From Octopus bimaculoides (lineage: Eukaryota), in contig NC_069000.1 of NCBI RefSeq assembly GCF_001194135.2, positions 2,910,865-2,974,864 of the forward strand: a stretch of DNA of 64,000 nucleotides. The letters are read 5' to 3'. The position numbers and the translations under genes were made by a program. This document shows positions 13,967 to 27,308 of the stretch, in pieces. The first letter of the stretch is position 1; every line of letters begins with the position of its first letter. Under the pieces are notes generated by a model. That model did not search any database and was not told the DNA's origin. It was given only the letters and a program-made list of their open reading frames with translations.

Positions 13967-14165
13967 GCAGTGTGTTTATTGTAACAGGTGGTGTTGGTGG
14001 GGTTAGTGGGCTTATTGTTAAACCATCCACAGCGTCCTTCAGCAGCAATATTACCATTATGAAACATATGAGCGTCAATTTCATAACCATTAAATTTGTC
14101 GTTTTTCTTTCCTCATCAAGATTATTATTATCGTTACCTTGAACATTATTATTATTATTATTATT

Positions 14166-14410
14166 AAGGTGGCGAGCTGGCAGGATAGTTTGCACGACGG
14201 GCAAAATACTTAGCCGTATTTCGTCCGCCTTTACGTTATGAGTTCAACTTCGGCCGAGCCCGACTTTGCCTTTCAACGTATTCGGCGTCTATAAATTATC
14301 AGTGAAACACTGGGGTCCATGCAATCGATTAGTCCCCGCTCCCAAAATTTCGAGCCTTGTGACTATAGTAGACAGGATTATTATTATTAATATTATTATT
14401 ATTGTTGTTG
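14166..14410 (+). mobile_element. tRNA-derived SINE family A, full length with (ATT)n tail
   Basis: ggtggcgagctggcaggatag (A-box-like) ... gagttcaacttc (B-box-like) ... ccaaaatttcgagccttgtgactatagtagacagg(att)n. Reverse-complement copies lie at 39105, 45927, 52096, 52347 and 54814. Confidence 0.85.
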
Positions 14411-14413
14411 TTA

Positions 14414-14556
14414 AAGGTCGTCTCTGTCTTTCATTCTTTCTGAGTCGCTAAAATAAATACCGGCCAGGCAGAGAGGCCGATGTAAAAGACCTACTTCCTC
14501 ACAGAAAGTTGCTGGCCTTGTGACAAAATTTGAAACTAGTACTGTTATTATTATTG
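14414..14556 (+). mobile_element. SINE family A, 5'-truncated second copy in tandem
   Basis: aaggtcgtctctgtctttcattctttc...aaataaataccgg...ggccttgtgacaaaatttgaaact followed by (att)n. Confidence 0.6.
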
Positions 14557-15237
14557 CTGCTGTTGCTATTATTTTATGACTTTATTATATGCCCACATTA
14601 ATTATATGAATGTTAAAAATCTTAATGATCATTCTATTATTATTATTATTATCATTATTATTAAAATTGCACAAATCATTATATTTATTATATTTATTAT
14701 CATAACTACTAGAATTTACACCACAAAAATTGACAAAACATGTCTGCCTTATTATTAACTTTTTTTTTTGGTTCCTAAGATTCAACATGAAAATGTATTA
14801 AAAAGAAAGAAAAAAACCCCAGCAATACCAACACATTAAGGTGACGATGATATTGATGGTAACCAGAGATTGAGCATGATCTGATGAATAGGAAAAAACT
14901 TTGATTGAATGTATGGTTGTGGAGGTGAACATGTCGTTAAAAACAGCACTATGCTACTGGAACTGAATCTCAAAGACCCTTTGTAAACGAAGGCGAAAAA
15001 TGTTCCCCTTCTTTGGCAAAGCATCACATTAATAATAGTGTTGTTTGTATATTGTTTTTCTTTCCTCTAGCTTTTGTTGCTGTATTTTTCTGCTCTTTAT
15101 TTTGTGTGTGTGTGTGTGTATGTGTTTGTGTGATTTTATTTTACTATCAAGAGGAGTTTCCATAGTTAATTGAACATGGTATCGAAACCGGAGTTTTAAT
15201 GGTAATGAATTATTTATCGTCTCTAGCATACGACTGG

Positions 15238-15630
15238 TATTATTATTCTTATTAATGAAAATAATAATACCAATAATAATAATACTAGTAGTAGTAGTAG
15301 TAGTAGCAGTAGTAGTAGTAGTAGTAATAATAATAATAAGAAGAAGAAGAAGAAGAAGAATGAAGGCGGAGCAGTAAAAGCTGTGCTACGGTTGCTACTA
15401 TTGCTAGTGTTACTACTACTTCTACTGATACTTTTACTACTACTACTACTAACAATATTATTATTATTATTATTATTATTAGTAGTAGTAGTAGTAGTAG
15501 TAGTAGTAATGATGATGATGTTTATGATGAATATGATGATGATGAGGGAGAGGAATAATATGAGGATGCTGATGAGGTGTAGAGCAAGAAGCAAAAAGAA
15601 ACACCGAAGAAGAAGAAGAATAAGAAGAAG
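15238..15630. repeat. Compound trinucleotide microsatellite patchwork
   Basis: Successive (ATT)/(AAT), (TAG), (AAG), (CTA), (TTA), (TAG), (GAT) and (AAG) runs are directly visible. Confidence 0.95.
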
Positions 15631-15679
15631 AATTGTTCACTTATCGCTAGTAATTTAGTTAGTTTTTGATATTGTGGCT

Positions 15680-15870
15680 TAGCCTCTCCTTCACACTGAG
15701 CCAGAAAACCGGTGATCAAAGGGATTGTAATGCAACTATGAACCTTCGATCATTTTTTTCCCTATCTATGACAACATTATCTAACGGTTCCTTCCAGCTT
15801 TAAGACTTCCAGGTCATAATACAAGAGAATATGAGAAGCTATCTTTAGCTGGTCGATCGACCGAATCAAG
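15680..15870. repeat. Fragment of an unclassified interspersed repeat
   Basis: ccggtgatcaaagggatt...acattatctaa...gctatctttagctggtcgatcgacc resembles a repeat I recall from octopus DNA. It contains the 12-bp palindrome ggtcgatcgacc (15851-15862). No clear second copy in the window. Confidence 0.3.
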
Positions 15871-16346
15871 GCTTTTGCTTGGTGAGTTTCAATGCTAATG
15901 AAGTATTAAATATCTTAAAACTGCGTGAAACGCACATTTACATACGCAGACAGGGGAGACAACCACCCCGTGAGCAAAGTTATAATCACTGCAACCGTTT
16001 TAATCCGTCTGTCAATATACATATTTGTCGGACAAACACGTACTTACTAAAGCAGATACGGACTTATCCATCCACTTTCGCACATATTCACAAGTATAGA
16101 CCATATACACATCGTCAACGCTAATAGTATATATATATAGAGAGAGAGAGAAAAGAAGAAGGCAAAGAAAATTCAATAACACAGCTATAATTGGGAGTTG
16201 CAATTGTCTTCGTACCATCTCCACTTGTAAAGACAATTTGCACAAACATTGTAAAACAAAAATCACATAATATTCCAGTTTCAGACATTAGTGAGGCACT
16301 TCATCTGACTTGTATCAAAGGTGTGTTTTTACATTATTCGTCACTA

Positions 16347-16348
<2 letters not shown>

Positions 16349-16406
<58 letters not shown>

Positions 16407-16448
16407 ATACACACACACACACATATATTCTTAGACATATATAAATAC

Positions 16449-16489
<41 letters not shown>

Positions 16490-16600
16490 CGTGTATGTAT
16501 ATATATATATATACATATACATTTGAATATATACATGCATATAGATATATACATATACATACACACACATGCATGCATATACACACGGGTATATACGTGT
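16349..16600. repeat. (TA)/(CA)/(TG) compound microsatellite
   Basis: Read directly. Confidence 0.95.
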
Positions 16601-16741
16601 GTGTGTTTTGTTTCGTTTCTCATATGTATATCTCGTCATTTTCTCATTTCTCTTCGTAGTAGATTTCTTTTAATATTGACTTGTATTTCAATACGGTTAA
16701 TACTATATTCTATTTACACACACACCACAAAATACACAGAG

Positions 16742-16787
<46 letters not shown>

Positions 16788-16799
16788 TCATAGCGCGTT

Positions 16800-16942
16800 T
16801 GTTTTCGTTTACCATACACACTCATAACAAGGATTTGGTCAGCTCGAGCCTTTAATAGAATATTTTTGCCTAGATGCCTCGCAGGGGTACTGAACCCAAA
16901 ACGGCAGTTTTGGGAAGCAAACGTCTTACCGAACAACTCGCT
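16800..16942 (-). mobile_element. SINE family B, 5' half
   Basis: ggatttggtcagctcgagcc...ggtactgaacccaaaac...gggaagcaaacgtcttacc aligns with 39636-39735. Confidence 0.7.
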
Positions 16943-17385
16943 TGAGCGCGCGCGCGCACTAGAAAACTGACATAGCGAAATACAGAAACCCGTATACTTA
17001 CATAAGGTCTAAAACGTGGGTAGTGAATATATGTGAGTGTATGCGTGCGTAAATTATGCTGTGTCTGTTTTGTGTGAGTATTTAGTAGAACCGATGAAAT
17101 ATTTTTGGATTATGACTCCAAAATTGTATAGTTATTTATGCAGCAATTGCTGAGTGGAAGAGGAAAATGAGCAGGACACTTATCCACCTGAATTGCATAC
17201 CAATATATCTACATAAATTTCCATAAATATGTATATTGTTGAAATATATTTAAGTCTATTCAATTTGGATTTTTATTGGCCAACAAGGCCGTCTGAATAT
17301 ATCTAGCATAACATATAACTGTATATATGTACACATCTATCATTCTCACTTTGTCTTACTCTCTCTCTCTCTCTCTCTCTCTCTC

Positions 17386-18043
17386 NNNNNNNNNNNNNNN
17401 NNNNNNNNNNNNNNNNNNNNNNNNNNNNNNNNNNNNNNNNNNNNNNNNNNNNNNNNNNNNNNNNNNNNNNNNNNNNNNNNNNNNNNNNNNNNNNNNNNNN
17501 NNNNNNNNNNNNNNNNNNNNNNNNNNNNNNNNNNNNNNNNNNNNNNNNNNNNNNNNNNNNNNNNNNNNNNNNNNNNNNNNNNNNNNNNNNNNNNNNNNNN
17601 NNNNNNNNNNNNNNNNNNNNNNNNNNNNNNNNNNNNNNNNNNNNNNNNNNNNNNNNNNNNNNNNNNNNNNNNNNNNNNNNNNNNNNNNNNNNNNNNNNNN
17701 NNNNNNNNNNNNNNNNNNNNNNNNNNNNNNNNNNNNNNNNNNNNNNNNNNNNNNNNNNNNNNNNNNNNNNNNNNNNNNNNNNNNNNNNNNNNNNNNNNNN
17801 NNNNNNNNNNNNNNNNNNNNNNNNNNNNNNNNNNNNNNNNNNNNNNNNNNNNNNNNNNNNNNNNNNNNNNNNNNNNNNNNNNNNNNNNNNNNNNNNNNNN
17901 NNNNNNNNNNNNNNNNNNNNNNNNNNNNNNNNNNNNNNNNNNNNNNNNNNNNNNNNNNNNNNNNNNNNNNNNNNNNNNNNNNNNNNNNNNNNNNNNNNNN
18001 NNNNNNNNNNNNNNNNNNNNNNNNNNNNNNNNNNNNNNNNNNN
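17386..18043. other. Assembly gap (N)
   Basis: N run between (CT)n and (TA)n. Confidence 0.99.
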
Positions 18044-18076
<33 letters not shown>

Positions 18077-18547
18077 GATACAATATGAAAGAGCTGGTAA
18101 ATCTATTCTCAGCAGCAAAGCCGAAGTTCCATTGTTTTATATTTTACTCTGCATCCAATTTTGACCTATGATGACAGACAATAAACAGTAAAATAGGAAG
18201 TTGAAAAGTTCAAAAAATATTTTGCTGGGAAAGTTGCTGTTTAGACTGAGGTCAAACCACTCGACCAAATTTGAGATCAAAGTCATTCCACGCTTAACTT
18301 GTCCACGACTAATATTTTCCATATTGTTTTTTATTTATTCAGGGCAATATATAATTTTTGTAAGAGATTTGGCATATATTTCAATAAGGCGAGAGGATCA
18401 CGAAATTTGTTTTAGTGTGTCTCGAATTCATGGATATATTTGATTTATTGTCGTAAACTCTACTGGAAAATTACTTGGTCTTGTTTCACAGATAAACAGA
18501 AACATTAGTAAATTATAGTCAAACAATATATTACGATTTATACATAC

Positions 18548-18620
<73 letters not shown>

Positions 18621-18864
18621 GAAGGAATATTTTCACACACTTTACATAGTTTTAATATATGTTTTAATATATTTTCTATTGTGTTTGTCGACCGGTTTCG
18701 CTTTCGTTAATCATGACACTAAAGCTTGTTTAAATACGTACTTTCCTATGAAAATTTTGTTTCCATGTTGTATGTGGAGTTTATGAATGAATGGGTCAAA
18801 AGTAGAAACATTTACATACAACACACACACATACACACACACACACACATAGATATATATATAC

Positions 18865-18895
<31 letters not shown>

Positions 18896-19575
18896 TNNNN
18901 NNNNNNTATATATATATATATATATGCATACATATATATATGTATATCTGCATACATATATATATAAACATACATACTTATATACACGCATATACATATG
19001 TATAATATACATACATATATAAATATATACATTCATATATATATACATGTTCGTACATACATACATACATATATATATTTATGCACATAAGTATTTATGC
19101 ATTCACATCCGGTCGAGTGTCACCGACAGGCCTATTTCCTGTGTTCGAAACTGAGGTGTGCTAAAGCCGCATCACGTTGCAACATGGTGGATATTTTAGC
19201 CGCCATTTCGAGTTACCCTTTAGCAGAGTATATGTGCTTTTTAAAGTATATGGCTCCCTATACTATCATATAATTAGCAATTAATATGTTTACGAATTGC
19301 TTTCCACATTTGAGACCTTGTAGAATTTCTCGAAGCAAAACTTATTAATCGGCTTACACAGCCAACAATACCCGTGTACGTATTTAATTCAATTAATATA
19401 TTGCAAAGTGACGCATAACGGATTCCTCTAGAGGACACAGCAATATATTAATATCGCTTGCAATATACACCTGGTTAACAGACTTTCGTATTTGTCATTA
19501 GAAAATACATTAGCTCGTAAATTTTTAATAGTGTTTATCCTATTAGCTTCCCATCGTTCTGTTCCATCACGTTCT

Positions 19576-19606
<31 letters not shown>

Positions 19607-20653
19607 CATGTGTGTGTATGTGTGTGTGAAAGCTTGTGTTTGTAAACGTATATGTATATGATGCAGATATATATGATTGCGTGTGTGTTTACGGTCGAAA
19701 GGATATGAGAGAATATATGAGAAATATGGCAATATTTAAAACCACAGCCTTCAATATAAAATTTCGTTGGCAGAACATGCTGTAGGGTGTATCTGCTGCG
19801 TATTACAGATACAAACAATAGATTTCAAATCGTGATTTCGGCACAAAACTCCAAAATGGATCATGAACCTCCGAAACAGTGACATTGTTTTATTCCAGAT
19901 CATCCCCTGTCGTGGTACACACATGATCCGAAGGTTTCTATGTGTGTGCTTCAGTGCCGCCGTCTTATATACTCTTACGATATATCTCGAGTTCTATTCG
20001 AGAAATATTTGGTTGATATTTCTAGAAATATAGAGACTTCGTCGACTGTTCTTTAGCAATGTACCATATCGTACAGGGAATTCTAGTTATCATAGTTAAT
20101 CACACGAAACCTGACGAATTGTCCATCGGAAGTATGATCAACTGAAGTATGATCGTCGCAGTCAAAAACATGCCAGACATAACTAATCCGTCGTTTCAAA
20201 CTAAATAATACATTTATATTATCAGAAAATTATTTGTAGGTCAGAATGTACATTTGAAACTAAATTAATTGTAAATTCTTTGTTGCGGCATCTGCAGACA
20301 ATAATGAAACCACACAAACATTTCAGTATTCACCATTTTAATACCAGACGATGTACGGCTTTCTATGCGATGATGAATTACTCTACACTGTAGGATTAAT
20401 GGTTTGAATTGCATTACTGACAATGAAAACAATGAATATAACGGATTACGCCGACAACAGACAAATGGATATAAGTGACGTCTGTCTGATACATAGGATT
20501 ATGCAGCAACTTAGGAATGGATGTCGGTGATATTTTGCTGTATGTAGAATTCAGAGTCACACACACGCACACACATGCATATACATGTGCGTATATGCAT
20601 GTGTGTATGCATCTCTTTTTCTTTCTCTCACTCTCTTTCTCCCTCTCTCTCTC

Positions 20654-20699
<46 letters not shown>

Positions 20700-20923
20700 N
20701 NNNNNNNNNNNNNNNNNNNNNNNNNNNNNNNNNNNNNNNNNNNNNNNNNNNNNNNNNNNNNNNNNNNNNNNNNNNNNNNNNNNNNNNNNNNNNNNNNNNN
20801 NNNNNNNNNNNNNNNNNNNNNNNNNNNNNNNNNNNNNNNNNNNNNNNNNNNNNNNNNNNNNNNNNNNNNNNNNNNNNNNNNNNNNNNNNNNNNNNNNNNN
20901 NNNNNNNNNNNNNNNNNNNNNNN
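20700..20923. other. Assembly gap (N)
   Basis: N run within (TA)n. Confidence 0.99.
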
Positions 20924-22429
20924 ATATATATATATATATATATGATGAAGACGTTCATTTTCTGGAGCTTAATGCCGTTGTCATTTAGCTGATTCTTCTG
21001 CTGACTCCTATACATCTCAGTGAATCAACGAGCCAACCTTTGACTGGTCACTCGACCTTATAGACATAGGGCAGAAATCGCAGACTATTACCTACAATAA
21101 ACGCCAAAGTTGAATGTTATAGGAATAGTGTTAGATAAGCGAAATCTTCACAAAACATTGGACACTCAAACGTGTCTCGATGTTCCAGAAATTAGGATTG
21201 AATTTGAAAACAAAAAGAAAAAAATGAAAAACTAGAAATAACCACCACTCTCTGATCGACAGAATCAAAAGTAATTATCGATTCTCACTCGTCATGGATG
21301 TTTATTATTATTTTCTTAAATAATCAATCTCAGAGCCTGCAACACTTCGTACGCCACCTTTTTATGTGCTGGGGACTCTTACAGAGAGGCATATCTCTGT
21401 AATTACTTCGAAAGCCTGTAATTATTAAGATGGATGCAATGGCCAACCCGTCTTTTATGGTACTTGATGAGGCAAACGTCCCTATTAAAAAAGTTGTATT
21501 TTTTTCCAGCACTTCTCTATATTATATGGATGGTTTCCAACTCATTTTTAATGTCAATTCAATTCTTTCTGAAATTATCTTAATGGAATGAAGCCCGCTA
21601 TTCTGAGCAACACAGTTTCCTAATTCATTGTTCATTATTTCCCCTGCACACCTTGAAGACAACACATCTGTCCACTACTCTACACGTGAAGACATGTGGC
21701 TTCGTGGTTAAAACATTCGTCGTGAGTTCGATAAACCGCTTGTAACATCCTGTTCCATTCCGAATCTCCTTGATAACTATATAAATGGTATGTGTGTATG
21801 TGGAGTGCTCAAGCGAATTTGAAGGGCCAGTGTTTCGCTTGATGAAATGACGGTAGCGTTACCTCTTTCTTTGACTGCCCACCGCAAAACCTCAACGATA
21901 CCCATACAAATCTGTAAACAATAACATAACTCGTTACAAGATACCTCCCCCCAAATATCTTCCCCTGTCCACATGATTAGACGTGATATATCCGCTTTCA
22001 ATAAACTGGCGATTTCAAAGAAAGAAATAAGAACTACCAGGAATGGGTCCTTACCATTATTCTGCAAATATCCCTCTTTATATTTTTCTGTAAGGATAGG
22101 ATTATCCTTAAACTTTGAACATGTACCACTTGTGCCTTGTTCCTATGGGTGTTAACCTCATAGCTTCGATAGTGTTATTATTGTCTTGACATCCTAATGT
22201 TCTATGGTGAGAAAGTTGTCATTAGTACGCAATTTCTTCAACACAGTAAACATGTGAATGTTATAAGTGATCACTAAATTACTTCTATAGATCCAAATCT
22301 TCTTGACCTCTATTCGTGTAGTCACTAAGAAACAACATTTGTTTTCTTCTGACTTGAATATCTACTCGCTAATTTAATCACCATAGGGTCCCAGATAGAC
22401 TGTTCATTTCCCATTTGTAGATTTCTAGG

Positions 22430-24100
22430 CACATCTGCCATGAACATAGGCTTCACGGACCTCCTTCCGAATGTTCCTGAAAACCCGAGATTCTGTCAAC
22501 ATGCAGAAGAAATCTTACATAACAGCTGTATACTTCATATAACAGTCGTTTCCCTACCATTTCGTGATCTTAATGGGATTTCACTGGCATCTATGCACGA
22601 AAGACAAGAAAGCTTCTAACCCTCATTGTATTTAATCATTTCTCGTAGTCGTGTGTCAAATATATGTTTATTCAAGGACAAGCAATATTTCATTTATTAA
22701 AATGTATTGCATCACTACCAGCCTAATGCAAATTGCCCAGTAGGATTATAAACAGATCTCTAGACGAATTCTCCTGCAAGTTATATTAACAGTGATGGCT
22801 GCGTTAGATAATAATATATTTAGCTAGTTGGCAAGCACTGCATTACCAGCAGACTATAACCTTTAGCTTGCACATGTGTTAAATATTTATTAGGCATAAT
22901 CGTCACTGATGCTACAATATATTGGTCACCGGGGATTCAGTTTTCTAAGAATGGAAAAACCACAACGAAATAACACATTTCTCAAGAGAGATAGAATCGT
23001 CTGACCTAACACTTAGAACAATGTCAAATCTCTACACGCCCGAACTACAAAAGTTTACCGAGGAAGCGTTTCGTTGTCCTTATTTAGTCCCTGGGTATCT
23101 CTAATCAACGAAGTTGATATTTAAAAAAAATTCCGAACATTACAATGCCGATATATTTTTCAGACAATGCATTTAAGGTACCATTATCACATCTGTGGTT
23201 GTCCATTTTTTCCAGAAGATCATACGCTGAGTCGAAATTAGCTGCTATTTCCCGCGATCACGTAAGACCCCCACATATTTTACACAAGTACATAGATATA
23301 CTGATGTCATAAATAGGCATAACGACTTTATTTTAATGACACCAAATGGTTTACAGGTGGATTTTAATTCCGAAAGTAAAATGCCACGTGATAATCTCTC
23401 ACCTCGGTATTGCCTCTCATCTATTTCCTTGCTAACTTCAGCCTAATAAGACAGCGGCGTCAGGGAGTGTACGAGTCGAGCGTCTCAAATCTCGCTTTTC
23501 TTTCTATCGTATTTAACGATTCTTAACTTTTAGTGTCAATCAACGAATATTCCTTATTCGCAACGATTCATATGTCCTGTACCACTCCCACAGTAGCTGT
23601 TTATTGAATGTGCATACTTGAACACAGATCGGTGGTAAATACAATATTTGTTAATTCAGGCAAATTTTATTGTGGTTATTTTCAAAGCACACACTTACTT
23701 AACATAGCGAGCAGACAAAGAGAATAAGCTCTCAAGCAGCACAAACATGGACCTTCAGGCACTGTAATGATCCAGCCAATCCACCGATATTCCCGCGCTA
23801 AGGCGTATTGTAACTAAACGTTAAATGTAACGATCTCACGTGCGTAAAACAAGTAGAAAAATTACAAACTTCATGGACTCTGTACCTACATCTCATTCCC
23901 CTCGACCCCTACCTGTGTTTACCTTATATAAATATAACAGCTACACAAATATAAATTGCTGCAAGCTATTTCTATTTCAGTGCATATTCTCTATGGATAA
24001 TCTTAGAATTGGGAATAGAATAAACCAGCATATGTCCAGAAATATTTTATAACAAATGAGTTTCTTCATTCAATGTTCAAAATTGAATGCCAAAACATAA
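22430..24100 (+). mobile_element. Highly decayed Penelope-like element (RT + GIY-YIG endonuclease remnant)
   Basis: Collinear relic motifs across frameshifts: HAEEILHNS (~22500), NVKSL[YT] (23020-23037), DNAFK/YHYHICGCP (23163-23205), KYIDI (23286-23300), IYFLAN (~23419), NIPYSQRFIC (23546-23575), RINQHMSRNI (~24018-24047). The order matches PLE DVxSLYT, NxF..GxxMG, RYIDD, FLD, IPYSQxxRxxRIC and the GIY-YIG RxxEH region. Confidence 0.6.
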
Positions 24101-24357
24101 AACAGTTGTAACGCCTCAGAAACGTATTTGAATTTGCCTAAAATTAGTGCTAAGAATACGAAGTTTTGTTTTTTCCTTTAGCCCGTACATTTATTTCGTA
24201 TCTCTTTCGGTATTTCAACAAATTGATTTCAGAATATGCATTAAGTTATTCCATTTAGCGCTGGTTAGTTTCTCAAATTAAACATCCAAGGATTCATGCA
24301 TACATACAAACACATACATACAGACGCACTCACATATATGTATATATACACACATCT

Positions 24358-24401
<44 letters not shown>

Positions 24402-24689
24402 GCGTGTGTGTCTATTTGTATGTGAGTATGTATGTGTGATAATGTGTGCAAACGGAAGAATACGCCAAGACATAACGTCATATTCGATAACAAGCAAGGT
24501 TCTCCATTGCGATACTCAGAGTTTCCCAAAGCTAACCCACCAGGGATGTGCTCATTGCATATCAGAAAACATTTGGAGACTAAAAGATGTCGGAATAAAT
24601 TTATAGGTATAGATGGAATTCTAAAGTCTAAAAGATTCTCCTTGTTGAAGACAACAGTGAGTCTTGTCCACATATACATATATACATAC

Positions 24690-24774
<85 letters not shown>

Positions 24775-25589
24775 TGTGTGTGTGTATCCTTAAATGAATT
24801 CGTAATTGCATGTTACATACGACTATGCATGTGTGTACGTTTGTGAGTGTGTATGGAAACATATGAGCAGAAAGTCTTTCACTGTTGAATTGTAAAAACA
24901 AATAATTGCGAAAATAACAAAAATGTAGTATAAAAATAAATATCGTAAAAGTAAATATTTAAAAAGTATATAAATAAAATTTAGAAAAAGATACAATAAA
25001 ACCAAAATTAAACGACATAAAAATAAATAATAAAAAAGACATTTTAAATGACACAAATTTCTAGTCTATAACACATTGAGACGACAGTATTTTCCTGTTA
25101 AAATGTATATAATATCGATTAAGACGCATTGAAACAATCGATTATTTCACACAGCCATTCCTAACTATGGAAGTTTTCATTGTAACATACTAATGCTTTA
25201 GTACAGAATCAATACTGTTGTAACAATAGCGGTAACTGTATGATGTGTATTTTTCCGCCAATGCTTCACCGTTGATTGCAACGACTACAAGCAAGAAGAC
25301 AGCTATAGATTTTGTATACGTGCATGAATACGCATGTGTCTTTATTTGTTTGCATGATTTCTGCATGTGTGTTCTTATTGAACGAAGTGTTTGTGGTTTG
25401 CTGGCGGATGTGTCTGTATGTGAGTGTGGCTGTGTGATGTATTATGTAAGGTCGTGTATGTAAAGGAATTCAATTGCATTTCATTCCAATACACTACACA
25501 CCTATAGGTATACTCAAGAGATTTGTTTCTGGTAGTGAATTTCGTGTATGGATGTAATAGCTATGCTCTCACACATACATTCTTATATT

Positions 25590-25642
<53 letters not shown>

Positions 25643-26581
25643 GTATATCTGTTCTGCGTTTGTTAGAATATTTACGTAAGTGCATATATTTGTATGCATT
25701 TGTGTGTGAATATATACATATATATGTTTGTGTGTGTGTGTGTATTATGTTCGCCTGCATGTCTTTCAGCGCATATATAAATGCATTTGTGTATACAAGA
25801 GTGATTTCCTTCAGTTATTTAACTATTCGAAATATTCTTTGAATAGGTGGGGGACATATTTCTAACAACAAATAAAGTTCGTTTGCTCTAAATTGGAGAT
25901 ATTCAACGAAAAATAGTACAAGCCGAATGCTTCAATTACAGATTGAACCTCAATATTAACAGTAGCTGGTTTTCTTTATTCTAACATAAAGCTTATTCCA
26001 GCTTGTCCCTTAAATTTCTGACCAAACCTCGAGGAACGAAACATCTATTGCCAATGAGTTGAAATAAATTTAGCAACTCCTTTAGCCAACTATTTACAAC
26101 AGTCACAGCTATAACACTGTATTTTAAATTAATGCATTACCACGGTGTTTCTACCTATGTAAGACTTTTTTCTCAATATCTAATCTTAAAGTTAGAAGTG
26201 AAATCTTTGGAGATCAACGCTAACTGGGAACTATATAAGCTGCCTCAAGAAATGATCTGGTTACTATATCATGTAATGTCATTCATTGAGGATAAAATAA
26301 ATAACCATCCTACGAGCAAATATGCATAATCATTTCAACATCATTGAAATATTTTTTTCTATATCATACATGTGTGTGTATGTGTGTGTGTGTGTGTGGA
26401 GAGAGGGAAAGACATATGTGATAATCTTCCTCCATCACCAGTGGACAACCATTACCATGTGAACAGAAACAGGCGCACACACACACTTATGTATATATGT
26501 ATATACATATATAAAACAAACTCACAAGCATTTCATATATATATGTGTGTGTATAGATATATGTATACATACATTTATGTA

Positions 26582-26622
<41 letters not shown>

Positions 26623-26632
26623 NNNNNNNNNN

Positions 26633-26670
<38 letters not shown>

Positions 26671-26675
26671 TATAT

Positions 26676-26790
26676 ACCACGTGATCAACCAGTCTATTAC
26701 ACGTTGCTACACATCACTAGTTACAATGCACCTTTGCATTTCTTTAGCCTTCAAATGATGCCACTTCTCTAGCTAGGCGGGCAGATCGAC
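26676..26790 (-). mobile_element. Fragment of a further SINE-like repeat family
   Basis: cacgtgatcaaccag...gttgctacacatcactagttacaatgc...tttagccttcaaatgatgccac matches the 3' part of an octopus repeat I recall. A possible related relic cttctgctgactc lies at about 20993-21005. Confidence 0.4.
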
Positions 26791-26906
26791 AATCTTGTAT
26801 GTATGTATTGTTGCAAGATGTATATAAGTACATATAAATATATTTCTCGGTCTGTCTCTCTTCTTTCTGTATACAGTGTGAACTTGTACGTGTTGTTTGA
26901 GTGTGT

Positions 26907-26947
<41 letters not shown>

Positions 26948-27276
26948 GAGAGAGAAAGAGAGAGAGAGAGGAAGGGATTCACAAGGCAACGAGGTGTGTG
27001 AGTTTTCCTGCGTTATTGTATCTTGATATCTTGCGTCAAGTGATCTCGAAAACTGGTTTTGGCACCACGTTTCATGAGGTGCAGTTCGCCCACGCAAGAA
27101 ATCGTTCCCAGTTTGCATTGACAATCAAATTTCTTTTGAGCCAAATTTCTATTGCTGCCAGTAACTGAATACGATGGATCATACTTGAAACCCAACATAT
27201 TGGTGTTACTTCAACAACCAATTCAAATTATTCACAATGTCTGTATTTCTGATGCACACATGCATACCTGTTTGTG

Positions 27277-27308
<32 letters not shown>

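Noticed and set aside
14166-14260. tRNA gene call for SINE heads (A- and B-box-like motifs)
   Set aside because: No complete cloverleaf. They are the multi-copy heads of SINEs, not tRNA genes.
16946-16957. (CG)n runs as Z-DNA elements or CpG islands (also ~42262-42274, ~43818, ~60389)
   Set aside because: They are 8-14 bp microsatellite transitions, far too short for CpG islands, with no evidence of function.
22055-22142. Minus-strand exon candidate (EQGTSGTCSKFKDNPILTEKYKEGYLQNN, ATG|GTAAGG donor) within a ~120-codon open frame
   Set aside because: The acceptor lacks a pyrimidine tract, and it lies next to the PLE fossil, so a TE origin or chance is more likely.
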